DNA of 63,112 bases, the filler included, from Phoronis australis (taxonomy: Eukaryota > Animalia > Phoronida): the NCBI GenBank assembly GCA_002633005.1. It is 11 parts of 11 records of this genome, joined end to end, with 100 filler letters (N's around TTAATTAATTAA, not from the genome) between each part and the next. Parts side by side here need not be neighbours in the genome. Positions count along the whole stretch, not along the records: positions 1 to 15,646 come from NMRA01000984.1; positions 15,747 to 23,112 come from NMRA01002027.1; positions 23,213 to 26,047 come from NMRA01003391.1; 8 more parts are not named here. The stretch is one strand, 5' to 3'. Position numbers and translations under genes: made by a program. Under the pieces are notes generated by a model. It ran no database searches, was not told where the DNA came from, and saw only the letters and a list, made by a program, of their open reading frames with translations. Of the stretch, positions 13,248 through 24,800 are shown piece after piece; positions within the stretch are counted from its first letter, which is position 1; each line of letters opens with the position of its first letter.

Positions 13248-14452
13248 TTTTTATGCGCCCACATATTTATATGTGGTCGCATATTGCCGTCATCTCTGTC
13301 TGCCCGGCGTCCGCAGCTGTATCTCCTAAATCCCTCACAGGATCTTGATGAGATTTGGCAGATGTGTTCCTATGAAGCTGACAACGGACGACGACGAATT
13401 TCAGACCTCTCCGACTACCGGTGTGCCCCCTAGTGGCAATTTTATTTTTTTACGCTTACCTCTATCTTTGGATGTCCTCGACGAATTTTCATAAAATTTG
13501 GAAGTTAGGCATCTATTAGTGAGATGATGCCATCCTCCCATTTTCGGACGGATTCGGGGTACTTTGCGCCACCTAGTGGCCATTTTTACTGTTTTCGAGT
13601 CTGTTTTTTGGCGTCCGCCGTTCTATCAACCAAACCACTTTAGCTATGATTTTGAAAGTTGGCATATATGTTCTTTAACTGTGAAGAGGGCAGCTGACGA
13701 TGATTTTCCGATTACTTGGAATACTATGGCACTTCCTAGTGGCAGTTTTGTTTGTTTTTGCGCCCATGGCTGTATCTGCTAAATGCTCAACAGGATGTTT
13801 ATTGAATTTTGCTGGTGTATTTATATGAAGTTGACTACAGAAGATGATGACTTTTGGACGAATCAGGCTACCACTGTGCCCCCTAGTGGCAATTTTAGTT
13901 TTTTTTACTTTTACCTCTGTATCGTAAAGTATCGTCAATGGATTTTCATAAAGTTTGGCAGTTAGGCATCTATTAGTGAGATGACGCTATCATCGGGTTT
14001 TCGGTAAAATTCGAGGCATTTTGTGCCATCTTTTGGCCATTTTTACTGTTTTCGAGTCTTGTTATTTGACGTCTACCTTTCTGTCAACCAAACCATTCTA
14101 AGGATGGTTGCGGAAATTGGCATTTATGTTCTTAATGGGAAGAGGAAGTCTGACGATTTTCCGACGACTTTATCTAATACTTTGGTGCCTCTTTGTGGCA
14201 GTTATGTTTTTTGCGCTTATAGCCTGTTAGTGGCAATTTCATTTTTTCATTTTCCTGTGTTTTCTCAGAGGTTCCGTGACAGATTTTTATTAAATTTGCT
14301 TAATAGCTTTGATGACATTCAAGTTATCAGATGGATTCGACATATTTTGTACCATCCGGTTGCAAATTTTTACGTTCCAAATAAACACCCCTAGAAGCAC
14401 AACGTTAGCGGTTCATTCGTGGGCGCATTTCAGCATTCTGCGTTGCTCTTGT
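13248..14452 (+). mobile_element. HINE-like family A copy
   Basis: Same 5' ATGCGCCCAC and 3' GTGGGCGCAT...GCGTTGCTCTTGT ends, and the same tandem subunits. Confidence 0.8.
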
Positions 14453-14848
14453 ATCTTATGGATTAGGTAAACTAGATGGTAGGAATATTTGGACTTTTAA
14501 GGTATGATTGTGTTTGTCTAAATTTTGAACTTTCAATCGTGCATCCCCCAGAAGTCCAGCTTGACTCAGTTTTGGCTGCTACCCTCTTCCCATTTCCATT
14601 ATACAGAAGTTTAAAGCCCCCCCAAGGTTGGCTTTATTTGTACTCACTCAGTTGTGGCAGCTTTCCCCCTTCCATTTAGGAGAGCCCTCCTTGGAAGTTC
14701 AGCCCAACTGCATTTTGTATTCACTCATCTGCAGACTGGTGGGCTTATCATTCTGTTGGTTAGGAACATTGGCACCTGTTCCGTACCTTTCTCAATGCAG
14801 GTTCTCTGACTATGAGAATCCGTAGTCCCTTCACCTGGAGTATAGAAT

Positions 14849-14990
14849 ATGCCATCAGGTCGACGCCATAATAGAGTGTCAATTGAAGACACTCAAGAGT
14901 TTTCTTCGACACCTCACAACAACGCAAGTAGTCTTGGCGGGGTCTGCTCTGACATCTTCAGCAAAGCTGACTGTACCAAGGTGAGTTATT
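14849..14990 (+). CDS. Candidate coding exon, unknown gene
   Basis: Acceptor gcAG at 14800, ATG at 14849 (MPSGRRHNRVSIEDTQEF...KADCTK), strong AAG|GTGAGT donor at 14991. Confidence 0.35.
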
Positions 14991-15130
14991 TGTCAGTGAG
15001 TTTTGTCACCATTGTTGAATTTAACTTATCTGTGACCCCTATAATAGGACACTGAATTTTTAATTATTTTCCGTTCACCTTGATGTAACATGATATGGGG
15101 ACACTTTAAGGGTTGCATTGGCTACAATGA

Positions 15131-15646
15131 TTTTTTTATGCGCCCACATATTTATATGTGGACGCATTATGCCGTCATCTCCGTCCGTATGGGCGGCGTC
15201 CGTCCGGCGTCCGCTGCTCTATCTCCAAAACCCTTTGACATTTGTTCATGAAATTTGGCACATATCTTCCATTCATGAATGGGACGGCGTGCGTGAACTT
15301 TCGGACGGATCCGACTACCGGTGTGCCCCCTAGTGGCAATTTTAGTTTTTTACGCTTACCTTTGTATCTTCAAAAGTCCTGAACGGATATTCATGAAATT
15401 TGGTATGTAGGCACCTATTAGTGAGATGACGCTATCCTCTCGTTTTCAGATGGATTTGACATAGTTTGCGCCACCTAGTGGCCATTTTTAGTGTTTTCGA
15501 GTCTGTTTTTGTGCGTCCACCCCTCTATCAACCAAACCGCTCAAAGGATGATTGTGAAAATTGGCATGTATATGCTTACTATGTAGAGGACGGTTGACGA
15601 TGATTTTCCGACGATTTCGACTACTGTGGCACCTCCTAGTGGCAGT
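15131..15646 (+). mobile_element. HINE-like family A copy, truncated by gap
   Basis: Same 5' end and first three subunits as 1297-2956. Confidence 0.8.
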
Positions 15647-16069
15647 NNNNNNNNNNNNNNNNNNNNNNNNNNNNNNNNNNNNNNNNNNNNTTAATTAATT
15701 AANNNNNNNNNNNNNNNNNNNNNNNNNNNNNNNNNNNNNNNNNNNNTGCCTTTCGGTTGTATTAAGCAGAGGCTCATGTCAGATATTTTCAAATTCAGTG
15801 TGGGTTGTTAGAGACAACAGGCTTAACGATCTATTTAAAGTGACATGATCCAAGGGCTTTTGATTCTGTGAAAGCTGGCTGGGTCTTCAATCAGAAAAGG
15901 ATATGACACTTTTTAAAAATTTGCGTTATATTTACAATGGAGGTAATCCCATTAGTTTTCACTGCTTTCCTTGGGAGCCCTCGGTTTGTTAATATTGAAT
16001 TTGTACACTATAGCTAGTTAACCTGAACATATATATCGTTGTAAACTCGAGATGTTTTGTTAAAGGTTT

Positions 16070-16075
16070 TTTATT
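16070..16075 (-). terminator. Polyadenylation signal AATAAA of RPL27
   Basis: tttatt on + about 25 nt after the stop codon; short 3'UTRs are typical of ribosomal protein mRNAs. Confidence 0.75.
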
Positions 16076-16099
16076 ATTTTTTTTTGTTATACAAGAAAT

Positions 16100-16148
16100 T
16101 TAGAATCGCAGCTTTTGGAAAAACCACTTGTTTTTGCCAGTCTTGTAC
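16100..16148 (-). CDS. RPL27: RPL27 coding exon 4 (stop)
   Basis: YKTGKNKWFFQKLRF*. The four exons total 411 nt = 136 aa + stop, the canonical eL27 length. Confidence 0.98.
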
Positions 16149-17643
16149 CTGAAACAGACAAGCAAAACGTCACCAACACTTATGACCACTTCAAGTAATA
16201 TAACAAGACCTTATGGATAGTTCCAACAACCACAGCTGGGACACACCCACCATAGGTACAGTTGAGACAGTCTCGCAAGCGCAATGCAATATGGCGGAAG
16301 TCCTAACCCATCGTAGTACTCTACAAATATAGCTGCATTATCAAAATGAGTTCTGTACATACTAACGAATTGCGCATCTTCCATCGCCATGTCAGCAATA
16401 TCCACTTCAGAGCTCTCCATAACAAATAACAGAAAGGATATGCGCAAATGGTACTGCTCATTTTTTCAAACACAAGTCAAAGCCATCCAAATTTAATGAA
16501 ATCCTTCATTCAACTTGACCTTGAGGCAAACGTGGAAGAAATAAAAACGTCACCAGGGGAAACATTAGTCAACACTAGCAAGAATGTCAGCCAGGTTTAA
16601 GCAGAAACCAGTGTTGAATTCCGTGAATATTCTTTGGTTCAAATGGCAGACAGAAAAAAACACCAACATAAATCTGCTACATGGGGGCACAGAATATGCG
16701 GGGCCAGCGGGGGTTATGTGAAAATGGACAGGTGCTTCTTTATAGAAATGCACCTTATTCATTAATTTCCACCAAGGGACTTTGTAGGTAGAGGGAGGTG
16801 CAAAAATGGAAAACTGCGACACAGCAGTTGCTGGGTCCTTGTCAGGAACATAAATTGCATGAGGTCCCCTTCAAGAACTCAGCAAATATTCATTACGAAA
16901 ATCAACACCAGCCATGCCTCGGTAGAAGTAGATTAGTCAATTTTCATTGGCACTAGGGGGCACTCCAGGGTTGGTTAGTTACCCTCCAAATCAATGACAA
17001 CTGTGCTCTTGCCAACAAGAACATATCTCTCACAATTCACAGCTATCCATCAAATCATTCAGCAGATAAAGAGGTGTATGCTAAAAATGGACGCTTGAGT
17101 ACTAAATCTGCCACTAGGGGGCACACACACAACATGATGAGCCTGGATACCTCACTTTGTCTACACAAACACACTTGCCAAGTTCAGTGGCAAAAACAAA
17201 CAAAATACCATGACATGGCACACATTCATAGAAATATGCTTCAAGATCCAGTTGCAGACAAACACTGGATAGAGACGAGAGCAATATGGACCACACAAGT
17301 ATTTGTGGACGCATAAAAATTCCAACTTTACAAGAGCTACACAATCCTGGTCAACACTACAAGGTTCACTCCCATTCAATGAGTTCACTCAACTGGTGCC
17401 ACCACCGAGGCCTCATCTGATTTATAAAACACAATATCCTACTAGTAGAGGTACAAACTTAAAACATTGTATTTCAAATTTGTCACAAGTAAGCCAAACC
17501 AGTAACTGCCCGACTCCTAAGATGTGGAGAAAGTGCTTTGTTTCCCGAATGTGAATATGCAACAACCTTCAAATCCAATTTCACTAAACACAACTTAACA
17601 CAATTTGGGCAGTTGACAAGACAAGTATTGACGCGAGGCTCAC

Positions 17644-17754
17644 CTCTCCTCAAACCTGGCCTTCACCTCCCTCCTGGCTTTCCTCCTCAGAGCAGGGTCT
17701 CTGAATGCATCTTTATTAACCACCTGTTTGTCCATGTTGACATCAACGGAGTAC
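17644..17754 (-). CDS. RPL27: RPL27 coding exon 3
   Basis: [37 protein letters not shown], 111 nt, canonical splice sites. Confidence 0.98.
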
Positions 17755-19084
17755 CTGCAGCAGTAATAAGGCATATAGTACAGTGTAGGAGGGGTGTAGG
17801 TGAAGAGGACTCTTACACTAATTAAGTCAAACACATTACAATGAACCCAACCAAGAGTTCTTTAGATTGTGAAGTGTGGCGCAAGTTTGCTGTAACGCAA
17901 CCTGTGCTCAAAATGCACTGGCTGTGAAATGGAACGTTAAAAATAAGTGTAAGTTACAAGCCTGACACCTAACAGCATGACTTGACAGCAATCTCACAGA
18001 TAGGGTGAATTATTCGTAAATATCAGGCACATTGTAACACTGTGATTGTATATCGCTCTCACATATATGGTGCTGCATCAGTTAGTTATACCCCACGCAT
18101 GTTGTAACAGAGTGATTTGACAGCACTGTCACAGACATGGTGAATCATTTATACACACCAGCCACTCGGTAACAGAGGCTGGACAGCACTATCAGATATG
18201 GTGCATCTTTTATTTACAACAGGCACTATGTAACAAGACTTCGTAGCACTGCCACGTATAGCACACAGTACAGTTACACACCAGGCATGGCGTCACAGTG
18301 AGACACTTTACAGAACTAACAAAAATGGCGAATGAGGGAGGCCACAAGTTGTTTGAGAAGTACAGACTTTGAAGAATTACAGCCCAACTCACACAAAGGG
18401 TTTATAAAAGTGGCCAGTCTTGGTGAATCAGTTCATTTGCTACACAGACAACTCTTCCAAATACACAACCAATACACTTATACTGGCAACGTGATGTTCT
18501 TCAAATATTTTGGAACAATGTACTGTTGAAGATTGGGTTAGAAAAAAAACCAATATCTCCCTGGGTACAAATGTACTCACAGTTTTCTTTGGAAACAGAT
18601 GTAGCCAATTCAAAATTTAATATTGTGTCTTTGCAAGTTCCATTTATATGAGCAACGTCTCAATGGTAAACCTCCAAATTCAATTATATTAACAAAAGAA
18701 ATTAACAGTTATTACTCCTGTGAAAAATATATTTATTCAAAAAATTTACAAATAGAAAAATTTACAAACAGGTGGCCACAAATGCATAATTTAATAGCAA
18801 TATGTAAAGATATTTTAACATTCCAAAATACTACCTCCCCTTTTCAGAGCCATATACTACTACACTGTCTTGTATGTTCTTTTTCTTTAAATGTATTTAT
18901 AAAATCCGGTTCAAGTATACATTTAACTTATTTCATTGAATTGGAAAGGTAAGGGAAGCCCAGACCTTTGTCCTTGCTTATGTTGAACTGGGAGAATAAA
19001 AAAATCAATACAGAAAGAAAAGCAGCCAACATGTGGTACAACATTCAAGTCCCAAGTAACATGGGCACATCAACTTGATACAAA

Positions 19085-19830
19085 GACGGACCGACCTACC
19101 TTCATCAATCACAACGATAAGAAGGGGGACTGAACCACCTTTACTGTTCACGACAGGTGGAAGGGGGATTGAGCTGCCTTTACTGTTCATGACGGAGAGA
19201 GGGACTGACTGACCCACCTTTATGGTTCATGACAGGGGGAGAGACTGACCCTGTGACCCACCTGCATTGTTCATGAGGAGAGGACTCAGGGCTTGGAATG
19301 ACCAATGACAAAAAAGCGGAAACTTTTACGGCCCAAATCATGCGCGCCACCCATCCTTGAAATTGGTCAATGTGAACCTTTCCCCGACAAAAGTCGGGAG
19401 GACTATAAAAAAAAATTAACGTTACCACCATCAGTAGCATGCGTCTGCGTCCTTTTAGCTCGTCCGTCCACTCCCAACCCACACATTTTTGGCTGCAGAG
19501 CCGTAGTATTTGTCGCCGCGGTTTACAATAACACGAGACGCCATTGAAAATCCCACCACGCTATCCCAGATGCCCCGGCAATGTTGACAATTTACGTTCC
19601 TCCGAAACATAATGAGCAACTTCCGCTTTTCGAGGTGAACGTCGTCTGCAACGCCGCGGTAAGAAAGGAATTTGCCACGGAAATTCTAAATCAAATCCGA
19701 TTTTTTTACGCGGAAATATAATAAAATGCGCGGACAGAACATTTGAAAAAAGCGGAAATCAGCGTTTCCGTGGAAAATTCCAAGCCCTGAGGACTGACCC
19801 GCCCTTATTAATCATGACGGAAGGGAGCGG
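19085..19830. repeat. Degenerate ~39-bp minisatellite interrupted by the MITE
   Basis: Recurrent CCTTTACTGTTCAYGAC...GGGACTGA units on both sides of the insertion. Confidence 0.7.
19287..19789. mobile_element. hAT-like MITE in RPL27 intron
   Basis: 13-bp TIR CAGGGCTTGGAAT/ATTCCAAGCCCTG with a 6-bp flanking duplication AGGACT. Confidence 0.85.
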
Positions 19831-19892
19831 GATCAATGTGATCAGGTGCAAAAGTTATGTGATGAAGTGACATGTTTATTCTACTCACTCAC

Positions 19893-20062
19893 CTGGTTGG
19901 CATCAGGTGGTTGTAATTGTATACGCGTACGAAGGCCTTCAACTTTGACCTCTTGGCTATCTTCTTCTTGCCCATGCGCTTCGTCACTTTGCGTGGATAG
20001 CGCTCAATGCCTGCCACTAGTGCATGTCCATATTGCTTGTCAGAGGTACCTTCGTCATAGTT
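19893..20062 (-). CDS. RPL27: RPL27 coding exon 2
   Basis: [57 protein letters not shown], 170 nt, canonical AG/GTGAGT. Confidence 0.98.
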
Positions 20063-20698
20063 CTGCAACACAAACAAACAACTATAAGTATACAATACAG
20101 GACTGGCATAACATGTCACATACATGCACAATATCCATATTTAACAAGTGATGCTCTAGTACAATTTCCAATATTTTCAGAAAGTTAAGACAAAAGATTT
20201 TCAATTTCTAATCAAGTTCATATAAATAAGTAACATTGAATTCTCAGCTCATCTCGTCCCAGCTACATTCATTGTGCAGTCTGAGCAGCTGATCTTTCCC
20301 CACTGGTCCACATTTCGTTATACGTAATCCACCGCAACTATTGTAAAAGATCTGGTTCTCACTGCAGATGTTGGCGTATCGAAACGTGTCAATTCCTTTT
20401 CCCGTGTTTCTAAATCTTATCCAACTCCCTGGAATATCCACCCCCACAATACGACTCTAAAGATCTTGATATGATTTCCAAAGTAGATGACATCCCACAA
20501 TGCAACGCTAACTGCATTATTCTTCAGTCAGATGTTCACAAATTAACTTGACAGCCAACAGTTTGCAAATGGATTGAACCATCATTCAGGGCCCTCATTC
20601 GTCCTTCTAAGGGAAATGTGCCGGTGCCTACTGAGAGGGGAATTTTTCGGGTCATGGGGAAAATTCTTCCATATAATTATTTCCAACTTTATAAGTTC

Positions 20699-20855
20699 TG
20701 TTGTAGCTGTGCTTCCGGTGAATCATATGAGCCTCTGTTAGCTACTCGCTAACGGGCAATTGCCTATTAGCTGAATGGTTAGCACGCTCACCGGTTTTAT
20801 GGGGGTTGTTGGTTCGATTCCCGGGTCGGGTTATCTCGGTTATTACTACACTACA
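20699..20855 (+). mobile_element. Solo LTR of the same TRIM, in an RPL27 intron
   Basis: Single LTR TGTTGTAG...CTACA flanked by a 4-bp TSD GTTC. Confidence 0.92.
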
Positions 20856-20999
20856 GTTCGATGTTGTTAGCCCAGTATGGCCAGACTCAAATGACATCAC
20901 ACTCTGTGACGCTGTGCTTCACACAGGGACCATGCAAAGTTATCTGAAGTGGTGTTTTGCATCATTACTGTTTACAACTTAGTGCAACATGCAGCTCAC

Positions 21000-21080
21000 C
21001 TTTACAATTACTGCCTTACGACCAGCAAATCGTCCACCTAAGACAAGGCAAACCTTGCCCGATTTTAAGAATTTACCCAT
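21000..21080 (-). CDS. RPL27: 60S ribosomal protein L27 (eL27), coding exon 1
   Basis: [27 protein letters not shown], 81 nt. Acceptor at 21088-21089; GTGAG donor at 20999. Confidence 0.98.
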
Positions 21081-21404
21081 GATGGACCTGCAAAAGAAGA
21101 CAACAATAGAGTTGCATTAATTCAATGTGTTATATAAATTACGTTTCATTGGGTTATCACTCACATAACGTCAACTACGCCAGAAAAGAGTCAATGAAAA
21201 ACAGACAAACATTGATAACCCATAGGTTAGTACCCAGTACAGAAAAACATTTATTTTAGAAATTCATGCAAATATACGTCAGGCACATTGCCTGTGGTGT
21301 AACCTAAAATTTGTATTAGTCTAAACAGCACACTGTTTTGTCCGTCTACAGGAAGAGGAGTGATGATGTTGCTGGATTTATTACAAATTTATGTTACGCT
21401 ATAC

Positions 21405-21437
21405 CTTGTTGCCGCAATGGCCGATCGGAAAAGGAAG
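21405..21437 (-). promoter_or_regulatory. RPL27: RPL27 non-coding exon 1 with 5'TOP/TCT initiator
   Basis: Minus strand reads CTTCCTTTTCCGATCGGCCATTGCGGCAACAAG|GTAT: a polypyrimidine start, a GCCAT (YY1-like) motif and a donor. Confidence 0.8.
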
Positions 21438-21641
21438 CAACCTCGTTTTCGATTCAAAACTAGATGGCCACAGTCGATTTTTTAGTTTTATTGGTAAAGA
21501 GACATAAAAAGAATTTATATAATCTATTTCGACATATTTTAGCACATTATTTTCATCTACGCCTTACTGTGGTGCTGACGTTCCACTAAACAGCAAAAAA
21601 GTAACTCAAAGAGTCTTGACCTGCAGCCAGTGTTACCGACA
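21438..21641. promoter_or_regulatory. Bidirectional promoter RPL27/DCTN2
   Basis: About 200 bp separate the RPL27 TOP start (-) from the DCTN2 ATG (+). Confidence 0.75.
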
Positions 21642-21677
21642 ATGGCCGACCCGAAGTATGCAAGTTTACCAGGAATT
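21642..21677 (+). CDS. DCTN2: Dynactin subunit 2 (p50 dynamitin), first coding exon
   Basis: MADPKYASLPGI followed by GTAAGT; near-identical to the vertebrate N-terminus MADPKYADLPGI. Later exons were not recognised in this window. Confidence 0.9.
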
Positions 21678-22059
21678 GTAAGTTGGAGTGATCAAAACGT
21701 TGATAAAAGGTTCATTACTTGTATCATTACTACATAGCTTAAATTTCAAACCATACCATAATCTTGTGTATTTTCAATTGTTTGTTGTAATTATCGATAG
21801 TGAAAAAAGCACGTAGTTGCAGCCGCTCCCTTGTCGATGACTCGCGTCAAGTTAACTCCAACACCAACTACAGTCAAGTGACCTAATTATCGGACGTTTT
21901 GGCACATTTTGCATTATATTTAATTGAAAATACTATGGATTGCTGTAAATTCTTTGCTGCAATAAAGACTTACCATTACGGAATTTTTCTATTACTATAT
22001 CTTGTCACTGAAAGCCACATTTATGTTCTGACTGATCTTTAAAAACACAACTAGCAAAC

Positions 22060-22604
22060 TGTTGTAGATGTGCTTCCGGTGAATTATATGAGCCTCTGTT
22101 AGCTACTCGCTAACGGGCAATTGCCTATTAGCTGAATGGTTAGCACGCCTGCCGGTTTTATGGGGGTCGCGGGTTCGATCCCCGGGTTGAGTAATCTCGG
22201 CTATTACTTATTACTACAAATGGCGTAGTCGGCAAAGGGATGACCTACCGATGAAGCACTGCCAACTAGTACTCACGGACCTCGGGACAGCGCGCGTGGA
22301 AGGTTCCAGGAGTCAAGGACCTGTATGAGAGACGACCTTGTGTTCACCTGTGTTGTGGTGGTAAAGGTACCAAGGGACGTTGATGACCTGTATGCGAGAC
22401 ATCCTGGTGTTCACCTTCCTGTCGCGTGCCCGTTCCGTAGGAAAGGGGGGAATGTTGTAAATGTGCTTCCGGTGAATTATATGAGCCTCTGTTAGCTACT
22501 CGCTAACGGGCAATTGCCTATTAGCTGAATGGTTAGCACGCTTGCCGGTTTTATGGGGGTCGCGGGTTCGATCCCCGGGTTGAGTAATCTCGGCTATTAC
22601 TACA
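22060..22604 (+). mobile_element. TRIM (non-autonomous LTR retrotransposon) with tRNA-like LTRs, full copy 1
   Basis: LTRs 22060-22218 and 22453-22604 (TGT...ACA). PBS TGGCGTAGTCGGCA at 22221, complementary to the tRNA-Ser 3' end. PPT AGGAAAGGGGGGAA abuts the 3' LTR. 4-bp TSD AAAC. Confidence 0.95.
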
Positions 22605-23689
22605 AAACCTTCGGAGAACCTAAATATCGGACACCATGTTTCCTCATACGCCACACCACGGATAACTCAGACTAACCAAGTAATGGCCGCAGGCACCTTG
22701 TTGCCAAATTTCAGCTCGGAATAGCCTAGGCATAGGGCATTTGGCAGTTTCACTAAAATAATCACTTTCATGTAGAAAAAGGGCTCTGCTCTAAAGTAAA
22801 GCATGGCTCTGGTCAGATATACTGGGCCCTCATTTAGAGAACCAGGCAATCACTGAATAACGGGCCCGTTATTTAGTGGATAAAACTGGTTCTCTAAGTC
22901 AAGGACTGCTATATCCAACCAGTGCCATAAAGCACAGAGATCTATATTCCACTCCAGACCAGGTTTGAACCGGTGTCCTCTGGCTGCACCTGAAGATAAA
23001 AATTTTGCCGTTTTTCAAAAAATTGTTCCCAACAGACTAAGTGTAGGTAAAGTGGTATTATATGAAACAGAAACCTCAAGGGCATTCCAAATAAGAACTG
23101 TCATGTTCATGTNNNNNNNNNNNNNNNNNNNNNNNNNNNNNNNNNNNNNNNNNNNNTTAATTAATTAANNNNNNNNNNNNNNNNNNNNNNNNNNNNNNNN
23201 NNNNNNNNNNNNAGCCCCAAAAAGTGGTATGTGGATTATCTCCCCTGACTAGCACAAAACTGTTAGATTTTAATAAATGGCACAGAATTATGCACAGTAT
23301 GCATTGGTTATTTCAGCCACCAAAATATAGCTTTTGATCTTTTTTGTATGTTACTCATTTTTGTTGTTGAAAACATGCAATTTTTGAAACGGCTAATATG
23401 CCCAATTTTGCCAATTTGTGTTATCATGCTCCAGCAGCGAAATTAGGGGTCATTGCGTGCACAAAATTTGGCATTTGGGCTTTTGTTAGGATACCTACCC
23501 ATGTACAAAAAATGAAGTTGTTTTAAATTTTGACGTATAGACTGATTTTTAAAAATCTACTGGTTTTTATATGGACTGCCTCTTAATTTGTTAGACTTCA
23601 AGTGCAGTCTTTGAATAATCATTCCACAAAGTCTTTACTATAAAAGTCAGTTTGCATTGAAATACTTGTGCTTCCAGTACAACTAGAAT

Positions 23690-24800
23690 GAGTGCGCTGT
23701 CTGCTGCTGTATCTCCTAAACCCCTAGCAGGATCTTAAAAGTCAAGAGTCTGTATTAGGAATCTATTTCTCTCTCTCCGCCAAGCCGCTCGAAGGATCAT
23801 TGTGAAAATTGACAGATTTGTTTCTGATTAGAAGACTGTGACTGATGTTGACTTTCAGACGGGTTCAACTACTTTAGCGCCCCCCACTGAGGCATTTTTG
23901 CGTCTGCAGCTGTGTCTCCTTAAATCTTTGCAGAATCTTTGTGAAATTTGGCAGATGTGGTCCTATGGACTTGGCAGGGGAGTTTCAGATGATTCGCCTG
24001 CTGCTGTGCCCACTAGTGGCAATTTCTTTTTTTACGTTTCCTTCTGTATCTTCCGAGTTCTTCGATGCATTTTCCAGAAAATTGGAAAATAGGCTTCAGT
24101 TAAGGAGATGGCAATGTCAGTTTTCCATTTTCATATTTTAGCATCACCTAGTTTCTAGTTTCATTATTTCGAGTCCATTTTTGGCATCTGAACCCTTTAT
24201 CCACCAAACCGCTTAAAGGATCATTTAAAAAAAACTTGACAGATGTGTTCCTGATGAAAAAATCGTGACTGACAGTGATTTTTGGCCATGTCTGACAACT
24301 GTGGTGCCCCCTGGTAGTGATTTTTTTTTGCATTCTGGGTTGTATCTCCTTACTCCTTTGAAACACCTTAGTGTTACACTACAAAATATGTGACTGCCTA
24401 TGGCTTTTGAACCGTTCTGAATACCACCGTACCCCTATTGACAATTTCAGTTTTTTACATTGCTTCTGTATCTTCAGGGCTCTTTGACAGTTTTTAATGA
24501 AATGTGGAAACAAGTTTTTGTCACAATGGCGATAATAGCTTTCCATTTTGGGATGGATTTGATGTAGTTTGCGCCACCTAGTGGCCATTTTTATTATTTT
24601 TGAGTCATCTGTCTCATATTTGACAAACCCCTCAGAGAATCATCTTGAAAATTGGCAGATATATCCCTACTGACAAGAGCACAACTGACATTAATTTTCA
24701 GATGGTTCAGTTACTCTAGTGCCCCCTAGTGACATTTTGTTTCATCTGCGGCTGTATCTCTAAACACCCTTGCAAGATGTTTTAGAAGAATGGCCTGTAC
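23690..24800 (+). mobile_element. Degenerate HINE-like family A core (approximate limits)
   Basis: Diverged subunits retaining GCGCCACCTAGTGGC / GTGCCCCCTAGTG motifs. Confidence 0.65.

Noticed and set aside
15647-15746. N44-TTAATTAATTAA-N44 motif, repeated at 23113, 26048, 37160, 39432, 42125, 47427, 50151, 55796 and 60664
   Set aside because: Identical 100-bp scaffolding spacer with stops in all six frames; an assembly artefact. A plain N gap also lies at 53327-53448.
16211-16822. Minus-strand ORFs and possible H/ACA or C/D snoRNAs in RPL27 introns
   Set aside because: No recognisable protein. Some stems were seen (e.g. ~16730-16755, ~17505-17615) but no convincing box arrangement; needs an Rfam/snoRNA scan.
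22123-22195. Possible functional tRNA gene (also in the other four LTR copies)
   Set aside because: Acceptor and anticodon stems are degenerate and the sequence is an integral part of an LTR.
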